64,000 nucleotides of DNA from an uncultured Halobacteriales archaeon (GTDB taxonomy: Archaea > Thermoplasmatota > E2 > JACPAO01 > JAHFTW01). The stretch covers positions 2,238-66,237 of the forward strand of contig CAZXUC010000018.1 in the NCBI GenBank assembly GCA_964643795.1. The letters run 5' to 3'. Positions 11,313 through 20,023 of the stretch are shown here, piece after piece. The notes under the pieces are model-generated. The model was not told the DNA's origin and did not search any database. It saw only the letters and a program-made list of their open reading frames with translations. The first letter of the stretch is position 1; every line of letters begins with the position of its first letter. A program made the translations under genes and the position numbers.

Positions 11313-12122
11313 GTGGAGCTTCCGCTCTTCCACGTCGACGCGTTCACGGACAAACCGTTCGGCGGCAATACGGCGAGCGTCTGCCTCTTGCCCGGCGGCG
11401 TACGGCCGAAGGATTCCTGGATGCAATCCGTCGCGCTCGAGATGAACCACTCCGAGACGGCGTTCGTGCAACCGGAGCCCGGCGGCTTCCATCTGCGCTG
11501 GTTCACGCCCGCGAAAGAAGTGGACCTGTGCGGGCATGCCACGCTTGCGAGTTCCCACGTGCTGTGGCAGGAGGGCATCGTGCGCAAGGACCAACCCGTC
11601 AAGTTCCGCACGCTGAACGGCACGCTCACGTGCCGCTCCACGCCGACCGGGATTGCGATGGATTTCCCCGCCGACAAGGCGAAACCCGCCAAGGCGCCGG
11701 CGGGCCTGTGGTCCGCTCTCGGCATCACGCCCGCGAAAATCCTCCGCGACCGCCTGGATTTCCTCATCACCCTGGAGGACGAGGCAGCCGTGCACAAGAT
11801 CGCACCCGACTTTTCGGCGCTGCGCAAGATATCGCAGGTCCGCGGGTTCATCGCCACAGCACCCGCCAAGGCGAAGGACGACTACGTGTGCCGTTACTTC
11901 GCGCCGGCCTTCGGCATCGACGAGGACCCCGCGACTGGCTCAATCCAATGCACACTTGGCCCCTATTGGTCCAAGAAACTCGGGAAGCAGGAACTGACGA
12001 TGCGCCAACTCTCGAGGCGCGGGGGCGCTATGCGCGTCCGGCCAGAAGGTGCTGGCGTCATCTTGACCGGGAACGCCGTGACGACAATGAAAGGGACACT
12101 GACGGCGTCGGCTCAGCCGTAG
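11313..12122 (+). CDS. PhzF-family phenazine-biosynthesis-like isomerase.
   Basis: ELPLFHVDAFTDKPFGGNTASV is a PhzF N-terminal signature. A GTG start at 11313 is preferred over the ORF start at 11262. Confidence 0.85.
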   Translation: MELPLFHVDAFTDKPFGGNTASVCLLPGGVRPKDSWMQSVALEMNHSETAFVQPEPGGFHLRWFTPAKEVDLCGHATLASSHVLWQEGIVRKDQPVKFRTLNGTLTCRSTPTGIAMDFPADKAKPAKAPAGLWSALGITPAKILRDRLDFLITLEDEAAVHKIAPDFSALRKISQVRGFIATAPAKAKDDYVCRYFAPAFGIDEDPATGSIQCTLGPYWSKKLGKQELTMRQLSRRGGAMRVRPEGAGVILTGNAVTTMKGTLTASAQP

Positions 12123-12442
12123 CCGTGGAACGACGCGTCGACGGAGATGCCCAAACTGCTCGTGTATGCGACATGCTCCAGTCGTGCCGCGAGCGCCTCG
12201 ACTTGGTCGAGGACTTTGGCGACTTCGGGGTCGCTGAGGCGGTAGAATTGGTTTCGCCCGGCGCGGCGCACGGCGACGAGGCCCGCGTCGCGCAGTGTGC
12301 CGAGGTGGTGGCTGACGTTGCTCTGTTCGTCCGCCAACTTGGTGACCAGGTCGTTCACCGTCTTCTCGCCTTGGCGCAGCGCGTCGAGGATGGCGTGGCG
12401 CGTCTCCTCGCTTACCAGACGAAGGAGTGCCACCGAATCCAT
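12113..12442 (-). CDS. ArsR/SmtB-family metalloregulator.
   Basis: 109 aa, HTH (TVNDLVTKLADEQSNVSHHLGTLRDAGLV). Downstream of and co-oriented with the ZIP transporter. Confidence 0.85.
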   Translation of the reverse strand: MDSVALLRLVSEETRHAILDALRQGEKTVNDLVTKLADEQSNVSHHLGTLRDAGLVAVRRAGRNQFYRLSDPEVAKVLDQVEALAARLEHVAYTSSLGISVDASFHGYG

Positions 12443-12515
12443 GGTGACGCAGGGCCCGGCACGGTCTTGGAGGTTGCGCTGTGACCGACGGACGACCCCA
12501 CGCCAGCCTGTCTGG

Positions 12516-12577
12516 CCGCGGAATCAAGGAATCCAGGGAACCTGGTTTCCCCTGATTCCGTGGATTCCGCGGCTCGG
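12516..12577. repeat. Palindromic repeat R-E, copy 1 (CCGCGGAATC...GATTCCGCGGCTCGG).
   Basis: Near-identical ends shared with 32166..32211. Internal GGAATCC/CCTGG palindrome. Confidence 0.6.
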
Positions 12578-12597
12578 TCGCGTGGACGGGCCGGGCT

Positions 12598-13428
12598 TCA
12601 ATGCGTGTGGCCCGCTTCCCCGCCGCCGAGTATTCCCGCTTCTTCCAGCGCGAGGACGCCGTACATCAGGCCGAGGCCGATGACGAAGAAGAACAGGATG
12701 GCCCACGCGTCGCGCCCCTTCGTGTGATGGTGCAACTCGGGGATCAAGTCGGCGGCCGCGATGTAGACGAAGGCGCCGGCGATGAGCGGCAGACCGAACA
12801 TCTCGATGGTCTCCGGGTCGACGGGCAAGGCGAGGACGATGACCGCGCCGAGGACCGCGAGCAGGGCGGAGCCGAAGTTGAACATCAGGGCGCGCGCCCG
12901 GGACATGCCCGCACGCAGGAGGACCGCGAAGTCGCCGAGTTCTTGGGGCACTTCGTGGATGACGACGGCGATTGTTGTGGCCACGCCGACGGCCGAGTCG
13001 ACGAGGAAGGCCGTCGCGATGACTGCGCCGTCGAGGAAGTTGTGGATAGCATCCCCAATGAGGTTGGTCCATGCATACGGGGCGACCACGCCGGCTTTGC
13101 CGGCATGGTCGTGCATGTGGTGGGCTTCGTCGACGCGCTCAACGTGGGCGTGACGGGAGCGCAGGCCGACCTCCAGCGCAAAGAAGACGAGGAACCCGCC
13201 GACGATCCACAGTCCCATCGTCGCGAGGCCGATGTCATCCCAGAGGTGGGTGGCCTCTGGCAGCACGTGGAAGAACGAGTCTCCCACAAGCGTCCCGGCC
13301 GCGACGGCGACGAGGGCAAGCAGGAAGCGGTGGCTGCGGAGGCCGGGCACGCTGAGGGCCAACGCGCCGAGGAGGCTGACGATGCTCACGACCGAGACGG
13401 CGAGGAGCGTGCTGACCCAGGGGTCCAT
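12598..13428 (-). CDS. ZIP-family zinc/iron permease (ZupT-like).
   Basis: Multi-TM protein with HNFLDG and HEVPQELGDF motifs. Confidence 0.9.
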   Translation of the reverse strand: MDPWVSTLLAVSVVSIVSLLGALALSVPGLRSHRFLLALVAVAAGTLVGDSFFHVLPEATHLWDDIGLATMGLWIVGGFLVFFALEVGLRSRHAHVERVDEAHHMHDHAGKAGVVAPYAWTNLIGDAIHNFLDGAVIATAFLVDSAVGVATTIAVVIHEVPQELGDFAVLLRAGMSRARALMFNFGSALLAVLGAVIVLALPVDPETIEMFGLPLIAGAFVYIAAADLIPELHHHTKGRDAWAILFFFVIGLGLMYGVLALEEAGILGGGEAGHTH

Positions 13429-13468
13429 GCGACAGGCGACGCCCCGAGGTTGATAACTCCTTGCGCAA

Positions 13469-13478
13469 TCTTATGAAA
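13469..13478 (+). promoter_or_regulatory. TATA-like box (TCTTATGAAA) about 28 nt upstream of the nikR-like ATG (leaderless). Sits in the divergent ZIP/nikR promoter region.
   Basis: AT-rich hexamer at the canonical archaeal -26/-28 position. Confidence 0.35.
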
Positions 13479-13500
13479 CCTGCACGTCTCGGCTCGCAAC

Positions 13501-13881
13501 ATGCCCGTCGTGAGCCTGAGCCTCCCCGCCGACCTATGCGAGACGATGGACGGCGCCATCGCCGAGGGCAACTACAAGGGCCGCAGCGAATTCGCAAGGG
13601 CAGCAATCCGCGACCACTTGCAGGGCCGGCAACGGCTTGCGGGGAAACATCTGCACGGCTCCATCACCGTCCTGTATCCCCACGACAAGGAGGCGCGCAT
13701 CTCCGACGTGAGGCACGCCTTCCACGACGTCGTCTTGAGCCTCATGCACACCCACTGCGAAACCGAGACCTGCATGGACGTCTTGATTGTTGGAGGACCG
13801 CCGCACAGGATCGAGGGGCTGCGGGACACGCTGGAGAGGATGAGGGACGTTACGCGGAGCAAGCTCGTGGTGATGGCGTGA
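13501..13881 (+). CDS. nikR: NikR-like nickel-responsive regulator (ribbon-helix-helix plus metal-binding domain).
   Basis: N-terminal RHH (CETMDGAIAEGNYKGRSEFARAAIRDHL). C-terminal His/Cys cluster (HTHCETETC). Confidence 0.8.
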   Translation: MPVVSLSLPADLCETMDGAIAEGNYKGRSEFARAAIRDHLQGRQRLAGKHLHGSITVLYPHDKEARISDVRHAFHDVVLSLMHTHCETETCMDVLIVGGPPHRIEGLRDTLERMRDVTRSKLVVMA

Positions 13882-13921
13882 GGGACTCCCGGGCGAAAGG
13901 CAGATACCTGTGGAGCCCGAA

Positions 13922-14071
13922 TCATGTTCATGCCCGCGCCAGTCAAGCGCCGCCGGCCAGTCAAGCGCAGCCCGAGCGACAAGGCACGCGACGCCTTCTT
14001 CGCGGAGATGCGCGAGGTCGCGGCGCACCCGGAGCGATTCAAATGGACCCGTCTCGAGGACATCGAGTGAC
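13922..14071 (+). CDS. Possible small basic protein, 49 aa.
   Basis: ATG-initiated ORF MFMPAPVKRRRPVKRSPSDKARDAFFAEMREV... Below the ORF-track length cutoff. Weak. Confidence 0.25.
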
Positions 14072-14133
14072 GGAATCGTGACCAGAACAGGCTGACCACC
14101 GCCTTCAAGTCCCGGCACGGGCCTGCCCTCCTC

Positions 14134-14739
14134 GTGCCCAAGAAACCGACCTTCCAACCGCCTCGCATCGGCATCTCGAAGGTCTACACTCGCACCGGCG
14201 ACAAAGGCGATACGGCACTCGTCGGCGGCCAACGCGTCCCCAAAGACGATTTGCGTATCGACGCGTATGGAACGGTGGACGAACTCAACTCCTGGGTGGG
14301 AATCTGCCGGACCGCCGCCCTCGACGACCCGAAGACCAAGTCGTTCGGTCCTGCCCTCCTTCGCGTCCAACACGGCCTGTTCAACGTCGGGTCCATCATG
14401 GCGACTCTTGCCGCCGATGTCGGACCCAAGCAGCCCCGGGTGACCGCCGCCGACGTGAAGTGGCTCGAGGCCGAGATGGATGCCGCCACGGCCAAACTAT
14501 CGGCGCTCAAGTCGTTCGTCCTTCCCGGCGGTTCTCGCCTCAATTCTCTTCTGCACATCGCTCGCACGGTGTGCCGCCGCGCTGAACGCTTGGCCGTGCG
14601 CTTGCAACGCGAAGTCGGCGGCGTCGAGATGGAAGTGCGCTACCTCAATCGGCTCAGCGATGCGCTCTTCGTGTGGTCGCGTTCGGCCGCGAAGGCGCTC
14701 GGGCACGACGAAGTGTTGTGGGATCCGAACCTGGCTTGA
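14134..14739 (+). CDS. PduO-type ATP:cob(I)alamin adenosyltransferase.
   Basis: KVYTRTGDKGDTAL...DAYGTVDELNS PduO/MMAB signature. Confidence 0.9.
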   Translation: MPKKPTFQPPRIGISKVYTRTGDKGDTALVGGQRVPKDDLRIDAYGTVDELNSWVGICRTAALDDPKTKSFGPALLRVQHGLFNVGSIMATLAADVGPKQPRVTAADVKWLEAEMDAATAKLSALKSFVLPGGSRLNSLLHIARTVCRRAERLAVRLQREVGGVEMEVRYLNRLSDALFVWSRSAAKALGHDEVLWDPNLA

Positions 14740-14792
14740 TGCTGCGGTCGACTCGTGAGCAGGGCGGGGCCGCGCGCCGCAACCACCATCAT

Positions 14793-14858
14793 CCACCGAT
14801 GTCACCGATGACACCGATGCGGTGTCTCGTCGTTCGGTGACATCGGTGTCATCGGTGG
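14793..14858. terminator. Long inverted repeat / hairpin with tandem CACCGATG units, immediately after the adenosyltransferase stop.
   Basis: ccaccgatgtcaccgatgacaccgatg ... gtgacatcggtgtcatcggtgg, 17-22 bp stem. Confidence 0.4.
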
Positions 14859-14905
14859 ATTGGATGTCGAATCTTGCTGCAACCGTAGACGGTGGACGAC
14901 GCCCC

Positions 14906-15057
14906 CGTCGGCGGACTGCGGTAATCCATGTGACAGCGGTACGGGCACGCGCGCCGTCATGCAACTGGATTGCTGGCGTCACCCTCCGAAGCATTGCTCG
15001 GGGGTGGGCGCGCGATTCCGGTGGGGAACCGTATCGGTGTCATCTGCGGAAAGGTCA
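14906..15057. repeat. Repeat R-C, copy 1 (CGTCGGCGGACTGCGGTAATCCATGTGAC ... GTCATCTGCGGAAAGGTC).
   Basis: About 150 bp. Shares 29-nt and shorter identical blocks with 40345..40495. Confidence 0.6.
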
Positions 15058-15081
15058 CGGTCGGCGTGCGCGACTTTTCCC

Positions 15082-15951
15082 TTAGGTAAGGCGGCGCCGG
15101 AAAGCCCCGGCAAACGCAAGCGCCACAACGATGCCGACAAGACCGAAGGCCGGCGTGGTTGCGTGCGGGGTTCCGCTTGATTCCGCGGTCGTCGAAATCG
15201 AGGAGGATGTCGAACTCGATTCCGTCCCTGTCGCGGTCACGGACGTCGACGAAGTCGTGGCCGACGATGAGCTGGACGACGCCGGCGGCGCTGCGGTGAG
15301 CTTGATGGAGCCGAGCGGGATGATGGTCTGCGCCGCCGTGCCCGCCGCCAACGGCATGAGGTACGCAGTATCTCCCGGCGTGTAGTCAATCGACGTGTCC
15401 GCGTCGAACCACCCGATGCTGGCTGCGTTCCACGGCGCAGCGTTGGATCCGAACGCGATGAAGTCTGCGTCGGCCGCGAGCACAAACGAGCCGGCCGCGA
15501 AGCCGCCATGCGCCGCTTCAGTCGCGGTGAGGCGGACCGTCCACTGCCCCGTCCCGGATGTTGCGACGAGCCCGTTCCCGTTTCCCGTACGGATGTAGAC
15601 GTAGTCGTGCAGCGAGTAGTGGCCGTCGTTGTTCGTGTCCGCGTACATCACCTGCTCCGCCCCGGCGCCGCCGACCTGTGGATAGGGGTCTGTTTTCTCC
15701 TGAACGTCCGCGTCTGCGATTTCCGTTCCGTAGGGCCGCTCGATGCACGGGGTGATGCGCAGGTCGAAATTCTGCGCGCCTGCGCCGGAGGTCTGTCCCA
15801 TGTCGAGGAGGAGGCAGTTATCCGTCGCATCGCCCGCGACGCCGAAGTCGGCCTCGTTGACGTTCACCGCGATGCTGGGGGCTCCCGTGTAGTGCTGGGC
15901 GGCGGCAAGGGGCAAGAGGAAGATGGCGAGCACAGAGAGGAACCGCACCAC
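15082..15951 (-). CDS. Secreted surface protein with an S/T-rich linker and a PGF-CTERM-like anchor. One DxNxDG calcium-binding-like module.
   Basis: Signal peptide. DTNNDGHYSLHDYVYI motif. C-terminus PAFGLVGIVVALAFAGAFRRRLT. Confidence 0.8.
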   Translation of the reverse strand: MVRFLSVLAIFLLPLAAAQHYTGAPSIAVNVNEADFGVAGDATDNCLLLDMGQTSGAGAQNFDLRITPCIERPYGTEIADADVQEKTDPYPQVGGAGAEQVMYADTNNDGHYSLHDYVYIRTGNGNGLVATSGTGQWTVRLTATEAAHGGFAAGSFVLAADADFIAFGSNAAPWNAASIGWFDADTSIDYTPGDTAYLMPLAAGTAAQTIIPLGSIKLTAAPPASSSSSSATTSSTSVTATGTESSSTSSSISTTAESSGTPHATTPAFGLVGIVVALAFAGAFRRRLT

Positions 15952-16098
15952 GAAGAGGGAAGGAGCCGGCCGGCCCTTAGAGACTAACGCATCGGGAACT
16001 GGAAGAGCCCGCGCAATAACAGGAAGGGGGAAAAGGAGACACGTGAGCGTCAGGGAGAGGAGGGGGAGGAGGGAGAGGCGGCGTCGGTGCGCCGCGTG

Positions 16099-18396
16099 CT
16101 AGGCCAGCCGTCGGCGAACCAACAAGCCGACCGCAAGGGCGGCCAAGAGGGCGACAACGCCGAGGCCCGGCGTATTCTCCCCAGTCGTGTCGCCAGAGAT
16201 CGGGGCCGGCTGCGTGGGCGCGGGCGTCGTCGGGGCGGGCGGCGTGGGGGTGGGCTCCACGGTCGGCGTGGGCTCGACGGGCGGCGCCGGCGGTGCGGGG
16301 GGCGCGATGTCTGCCGGCAGATTCCCAAAGAGGCGTACGCTGTAGCGCGGCACCGCCACGGGAGCTGCTCCCACGGCGAAGTAGGCCGAGTCTGTCGGCG
16401 TGAAGGAGCCACTCTGGTCTGCGTCGTAGTAGCGCAGCGACATGCCCGCCGCAGGGAAGGCCGTCACGGCGTTGCGGTACGCGACGAAGTCCGCGTCGGA
16501 GGCGAAGGCCAAGGACCCGGCCGGGTAGTCGCCGACGGGGGTGAGCCGCAGCGTCCAACTGGTCGGGGAGGTGGTCGGAAGTAGCGCCGTCGCTCCGACG
16601 CCGGCCACGACGTAGACGTCGTCGCCCGCCTTGTACTTCCCGTCGTTGTTGCGGTCGCTCCACATGAGCGTGTATCCCCCCGTGTCGGTGAGGACGGTGA
16701 CGGCCCCCTGGCGCAGGGCGACGTCGCCGTCGGAGACGAGTTCACCAGGCGACTTGCCGTTGCAGTTCGAGAGCAAGATGTCGAAGTTGGAGACGATGCC
16801 GGCGCTGATCGTGCTGTCCATGTCGGCAATCAGGCAGTCGTCCGTGGCTTCGGATCCGCCCAGGGCCACCCAGAGCAGGTCGTCCGTCACGAGGATGCCG
16901 GTCGACACGAGGGTAGGGCGGAAGTCGGCGTCGCCCAGTTTGACCTGGACGCCGGCCTTGGCCGGCTCTTGGACCCGGAGCGAGGAGGGGGGCAGGGTGG
17001 TGCCAGCGGCGGCGACGCCGCCCACGACGACGTACCACTTGGCCCCGTCGTACTCCTCGATCTCGGCCGACATCGCGGGCGTGAAGGCCAGGAGAGCGTT
17101 CTTGTAGGCGAGGTAGTCCAGGTCCGTCGCGAAGACGAACGAACCAGCCGGGCCACTTGCCGTCGGCGTCAAGCGGATGGTGAACGCGTCGATCCCAGTC
17201 GTGGCGGGCATGTTGGGCGCCGCCATGGCGGTTCCGGCGGCCATCTGGCCCATGTAGACGTAGTCGCCTGCGTCGTAGCGTCCGTTGTTGTTGACGTCGG
17301 CGAAGAGGAGGTCAACAATCTCCTGGACCGGGGTGGGCGCCTTCTCGATCACGTCGGTGTCAATGATCTTGGTCCCCGGAGCGCCTCCTGGGCCGGTCGT
17401 GATGCGGATGTCGTCGAAGTCGAGGGTGCCCGCCGAGTTCGTGCCCTTGACGTTGAAGAAGAACAAGTCGTCCGTGACGGGCGTGTCGCCAAGCGGCACG
17501 CGCCAGATGATGTCTGCGGCGGTACCCCCGGACAACGGCTTGCCTGCGCCCTTGGATGTCGGGACGAAGTCAGTTGCGCCACTGTTGACGCGGGAACCGA
17601 ACGTGTCGGTCTTGGACAAGCGCAGCGCGTAGCGGGGCGCGAAGACGTTGGCTGCAAAGCCGTCGGCGGCGGTGAAGGCACCATCCCCGTTTGAGGTCTT
17701 GAACATGAGGTAGACGCCGGTGCCCTCGAAGGCGACTGAGAACGCGAAAGGGATGCCTGGAGGCGCGCCGGGGTCGACGGCGGTAATGTCGTTTCCAAGC
17801 ACGACCACGGCGGTCTGGTAGGCTTGGTAGTCCGCGTCCGCGGGGTACGCGAAACTGCCGGCTGGGCCGGCGTCGCTCGACGTCAACCGGATCGTCCACG
17901 AGGCGAGGCCGGTGGTGGGCATGAGGACTGTCGTCCCCGTCCCGGACACGAGGAAGACTGGGTCCTTGTCCTTGAATTTCCCGTCGTGGTCCGCGTCGCC
18001 GTAGACGACGGTGGCGGCAGCCGCCAAGGCGGCGACCTTGATGCTCGAGTCCGAGTCGGACACTAGGTCGCCCGGCTTGCGGGTCTGGTACGGAGTGAGG
18101 AAGATGTCCTCGTTGTCCACGGTGTTGACGAGCGCGCCGCCGACGTTGATGCCCTTCATGTCGATGAAAAACACGTTGTCGGCCACTTCGCCGCTGACGC
18201 CGAGGTCGACCTGCAGCACCTTGAGGTGGTGGTTGTCGTCCACGTTGTCCACGCCGGCGGTCACGCCGTACGCTTTCTTGGAGAGGGGGGCGAAGTCGGC
18301 TTCCTTGTCAACTTGGCTTCCGAATTCGGCTTGTGCTAGCGGACCGGCCAAGAGGAGGGCCGCCAACAGAATTGTTCGCAAATGGATTGTTCGCAT
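16099..18396 (-). CDS. Large surface glycoprotein-like protein with four repeated DxNxDG modules and a PGF-CTERM-like anchor. Paralog of the neighbouring gene.
   Basis: Signal peptide. Repeats DADHDGKFKDKDPVF, DVNNNGRYDAGDYVYM, DRNNDGKYKAGDDVYV. C-terminus PGLGVVALLAALAVGLLVRRRLA. Confidence 0.85.
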   Translation of the reverse strand: MRTIHLRTILLAALLLAGPLAQAEFGSQVDKEADFAPLSKKAYGVTAGVDNVDDNHHLKVLQVDLGVSGEVADNVFFIDMKGINVGGALVNTVDNEDIFLTPYQTRKPGDLVSDSDSSIKVAALAAAATVVYGDADHDGKFKDKDPVFLVSGTGTTVLMPTTGLASWTIRLTSSDAGPAGSFAYPADADYQAYQTAVVVLGNDITAVDPGAPPGIPFAFSVAFEGTGVYLMFKTSNGDGAFTAADGFAANVFAPRYALRLSKTDTFGSRVNSGATDFVPTSKGAGKPLSGGTAADIIWRVPLGDTPVTDDLFFFNVKGTNSAGTLDFDDIRITTGPGGAPGTKIIDTDVIEKAPTPVQEIVDLLFADVNNNGRYDAGDYVYMGQMAAGTAMAAPNMPATTGIDAFTIRLTPTASGPAGSFVFATDLDYLAYKNALLAFTPAMSAEIEEYDGAKWYVVVGGVAAAGTTLPPSSLRVQEPAKAGVQVKLGDADFRPTLVSTGILVTDDLLWVALGGSEATDDCLIADMDSTISAGIVSNFDILLSNCNGKSPGELVSDGDVALRQGAVTVLTDTGGYTLMWSDRNNDGKYKAGDDVYVVAGVGATALLPTTSPTSWTLRLTPVGDYPAGSLAFASDADFVAYRNAVTAFPAAGMSLRYYDADQSGSFTPTDSAYFAVGAAPVAVPRYSVRLFGNLPADIAPPAPPAPPVEPTPTVEPTPTPPAPTTPAPTQPAPISGDTTGENTPGLGVVALLAALAVGLLVRRRLA

Positions 18397-18560
18397 GGGT
18401 TGTCCCGCACGGCCATCCCAGGCGTCCCGTCCTAGCCTCGACGCATTGCAAGTATTGTCGGCTCACGAGAAGACGTGGCACTATTGTGGAACTAGTGGAC
18501 CAGGCCGGGCACCAGGCACCCACGCCGGGCAGACAAGCATGAATCTCGTTAGCGCCGAAC

Positions 18561-18926
18561 TTACGGCCCAACGATCGTCTCCGCGGTCAACTTGCGCACG
18601 ACTCGGCCGTCGGCCACGATGCGGACTTGGAAGGTCATGCGTTCGCCCAGCGTGGCCTCCGGCGGTGCGGCGACTTGGAGGTACAGGACGAGCGGAATCC
18701 CTGCCATGAGTCGGAGCTTGTCCAGCCGAGTGTGTGCCGTCCAACCGGTGGCGGGTGGTTCGACATCGATGTACACGTCGCGGTAGGGTGCGAAGCGGTT
18801 CTGCAGGCGCAACTCGAACCTAGTGATGCGGCCAGGCTTGACCATTCCAGCGTTGGGCGTGATGGTTGCTTGCACTCGCGACCAGCGAGGACGTTGCGGG
18901 CGGAGCTTCAGAAGTTCGTTTGCCAT
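18561..18926 (-). CDS. Hypothetical protein upstream of the surface-protein genes.
   Basis: ORF 18561..18929, 122 aa. Confidence 0.45.
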   Translation of the reverse strand: MANELLKLRPQRPRWSRVQATITPNAGMVKPGRITRFELRLQNRFAPYRDVYIDVEPPATGWTAHTRLDKLRLMAGIPLVLYLQVAAPPEATLGERMTFQVRIVADGRVVRKLTAETIVGP

Positions 18927-19019
18927 CACGATGGACTAGAGGCGCATCACGACGAACCTTCGCACCGGAGACTCCATAGTGAAAGGTGCGACGCGGCATT
19001 CGGTCGTGCGACGGCAGCG

Positions 19020-19328
19020 TCAAGGCGGCGACGGTAACACTTCGAGCATCTCTTCGAGGAGTCGCTCGACCGCTCGCAGGTCCTTTGTCCGTCCCTTCCC
19101 CGGCTTCGTGCGCAGGGCATGGACAGCCTTGCGCATCTTCGCGATGGTCTTCAGGCTCGGCGGGCTTGGCTTGTTCTTGCCGCCAGGTGCCCGCAATGCT
19201 TTCACGACTTCCTGGAACCTCGCGTCCGTGCGCAGCTTGTACGCCTCCGCGGATTCCTTCCATGCACGTCGGGCCGCTTCGACCTCTACGGCAAGGGCCT
19301 GCGCATGTTCCACTCGCTTCGACGTCAT
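19020..19328 (-). CDS. Small basic protein coupled to the thymidylate-kinase-like pair.
   Basis: Its ATG overlaps the stop of the upstream gene (ATGA). Sequence MTSKRVEHAQALAVEVEAARRAWKES... Confidence 0.5.
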   Translation of the reverse strand: MTSKRVEHAQALAVEVEAARRAWKESAEAYKLRTDARFQEVVKALRAPGGKNKPSPPSLKTIAKMRKAVHALRTKPGKGRTKDLRAVERLLEEMLEVLPSPP

Positions 19329-20023
19329 GGCTTGGTTCCCCACGAAGCGAGAAGTCCCTGCAGTTGCGATTGCAAATGCCGGTCGACGACGCCGACGCCA
19401 CGGTTCGCGTTCACGACGTTGAAGCCATAGCGCGGGATGATCTCCTGGAACTGGTCGCGCATCTTGCGTTGGTACTTCAAGAACGATTCGTGCCAATCCC
19501 GGCTCAGGCCCAAGTCCATTCCGGATTCCCAGTAGTCGAGGTCGGGGTGGCGCTCGAGGCGCCGGTCGAGCAGGGTCTTGGCGCTGGCTTGCAAATAGAA
19601 CAACGCGTCCGGCACGATGGCCTTGGCATACACGTTCTCCACCCAGGCGGGGTCTGCGCCGCGGACAAGGTCGCGGGCCATCAGGGTGAAGATGTACCGG
19701 TCGGCGAGCACGATGGCGCCCGAGCGGAGTGCGGGGACGATCTGGTTCTCTAGTTGGTCGTAGAAGTCACTGGCATAGAACAAGCTCATCGTGCGCGGCG
19801 ACAAGGTGTTGCCACGACGGGCTTCCTCGAGTTCCGGCGCGACCAGTTCGCTGCGGCGCAGTCCGACTTCCACGACGGCGTAGCCTTCGCGCTGCAGCCA
19901 CTTGGAGAGGAGGCTAACGTGCGTTGACCGACCTGAGGAATCCTGGCCCTCGATGACGATGAGCAGGCCACCAAGGTCGGCGAGGTTGACGCCGGGCGGA
20001 GGGACACCGTAGCACGTCTTCAC
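19325..20023 (-). CDS. Thymidylate-kinase-like P-loop kinase, paralog B (P-loop Lys replaced by Arg: GRST).
   Basis: IVIEGQDSSGRST P-loop and DRY motif. Start overlaps the upstream stop. Confidence 0.8.
   Translation of the reverse strand: MKTCYGVPPPGVNLADLGGLLIVIEGQDSSGRSTHVSLLSKWLQREGYAVVEVGLRRSELVAPELEEARRGNTLSPRTMSLFYASDFYDQLENQIVPALRSGAIVLADRYIFTLMARDLVRGADPAWVENVYAKAIVPDALFYLQASAKTLLDRRLERHPDLDYWESGMDLGLSRDWHESFLKYQRKMRDQFQEIIPRYGFNVVNANRGVGVVDRHLQSQLQGLLASWGTKP

Noticed and set aside
10617-11795. 392-aa minus-strand ORF.
   Set aside because: Antisense to four well-packed plus-strand genes including PhzF. Arg/Gly-rich composition typical of high-GC shadow frames.
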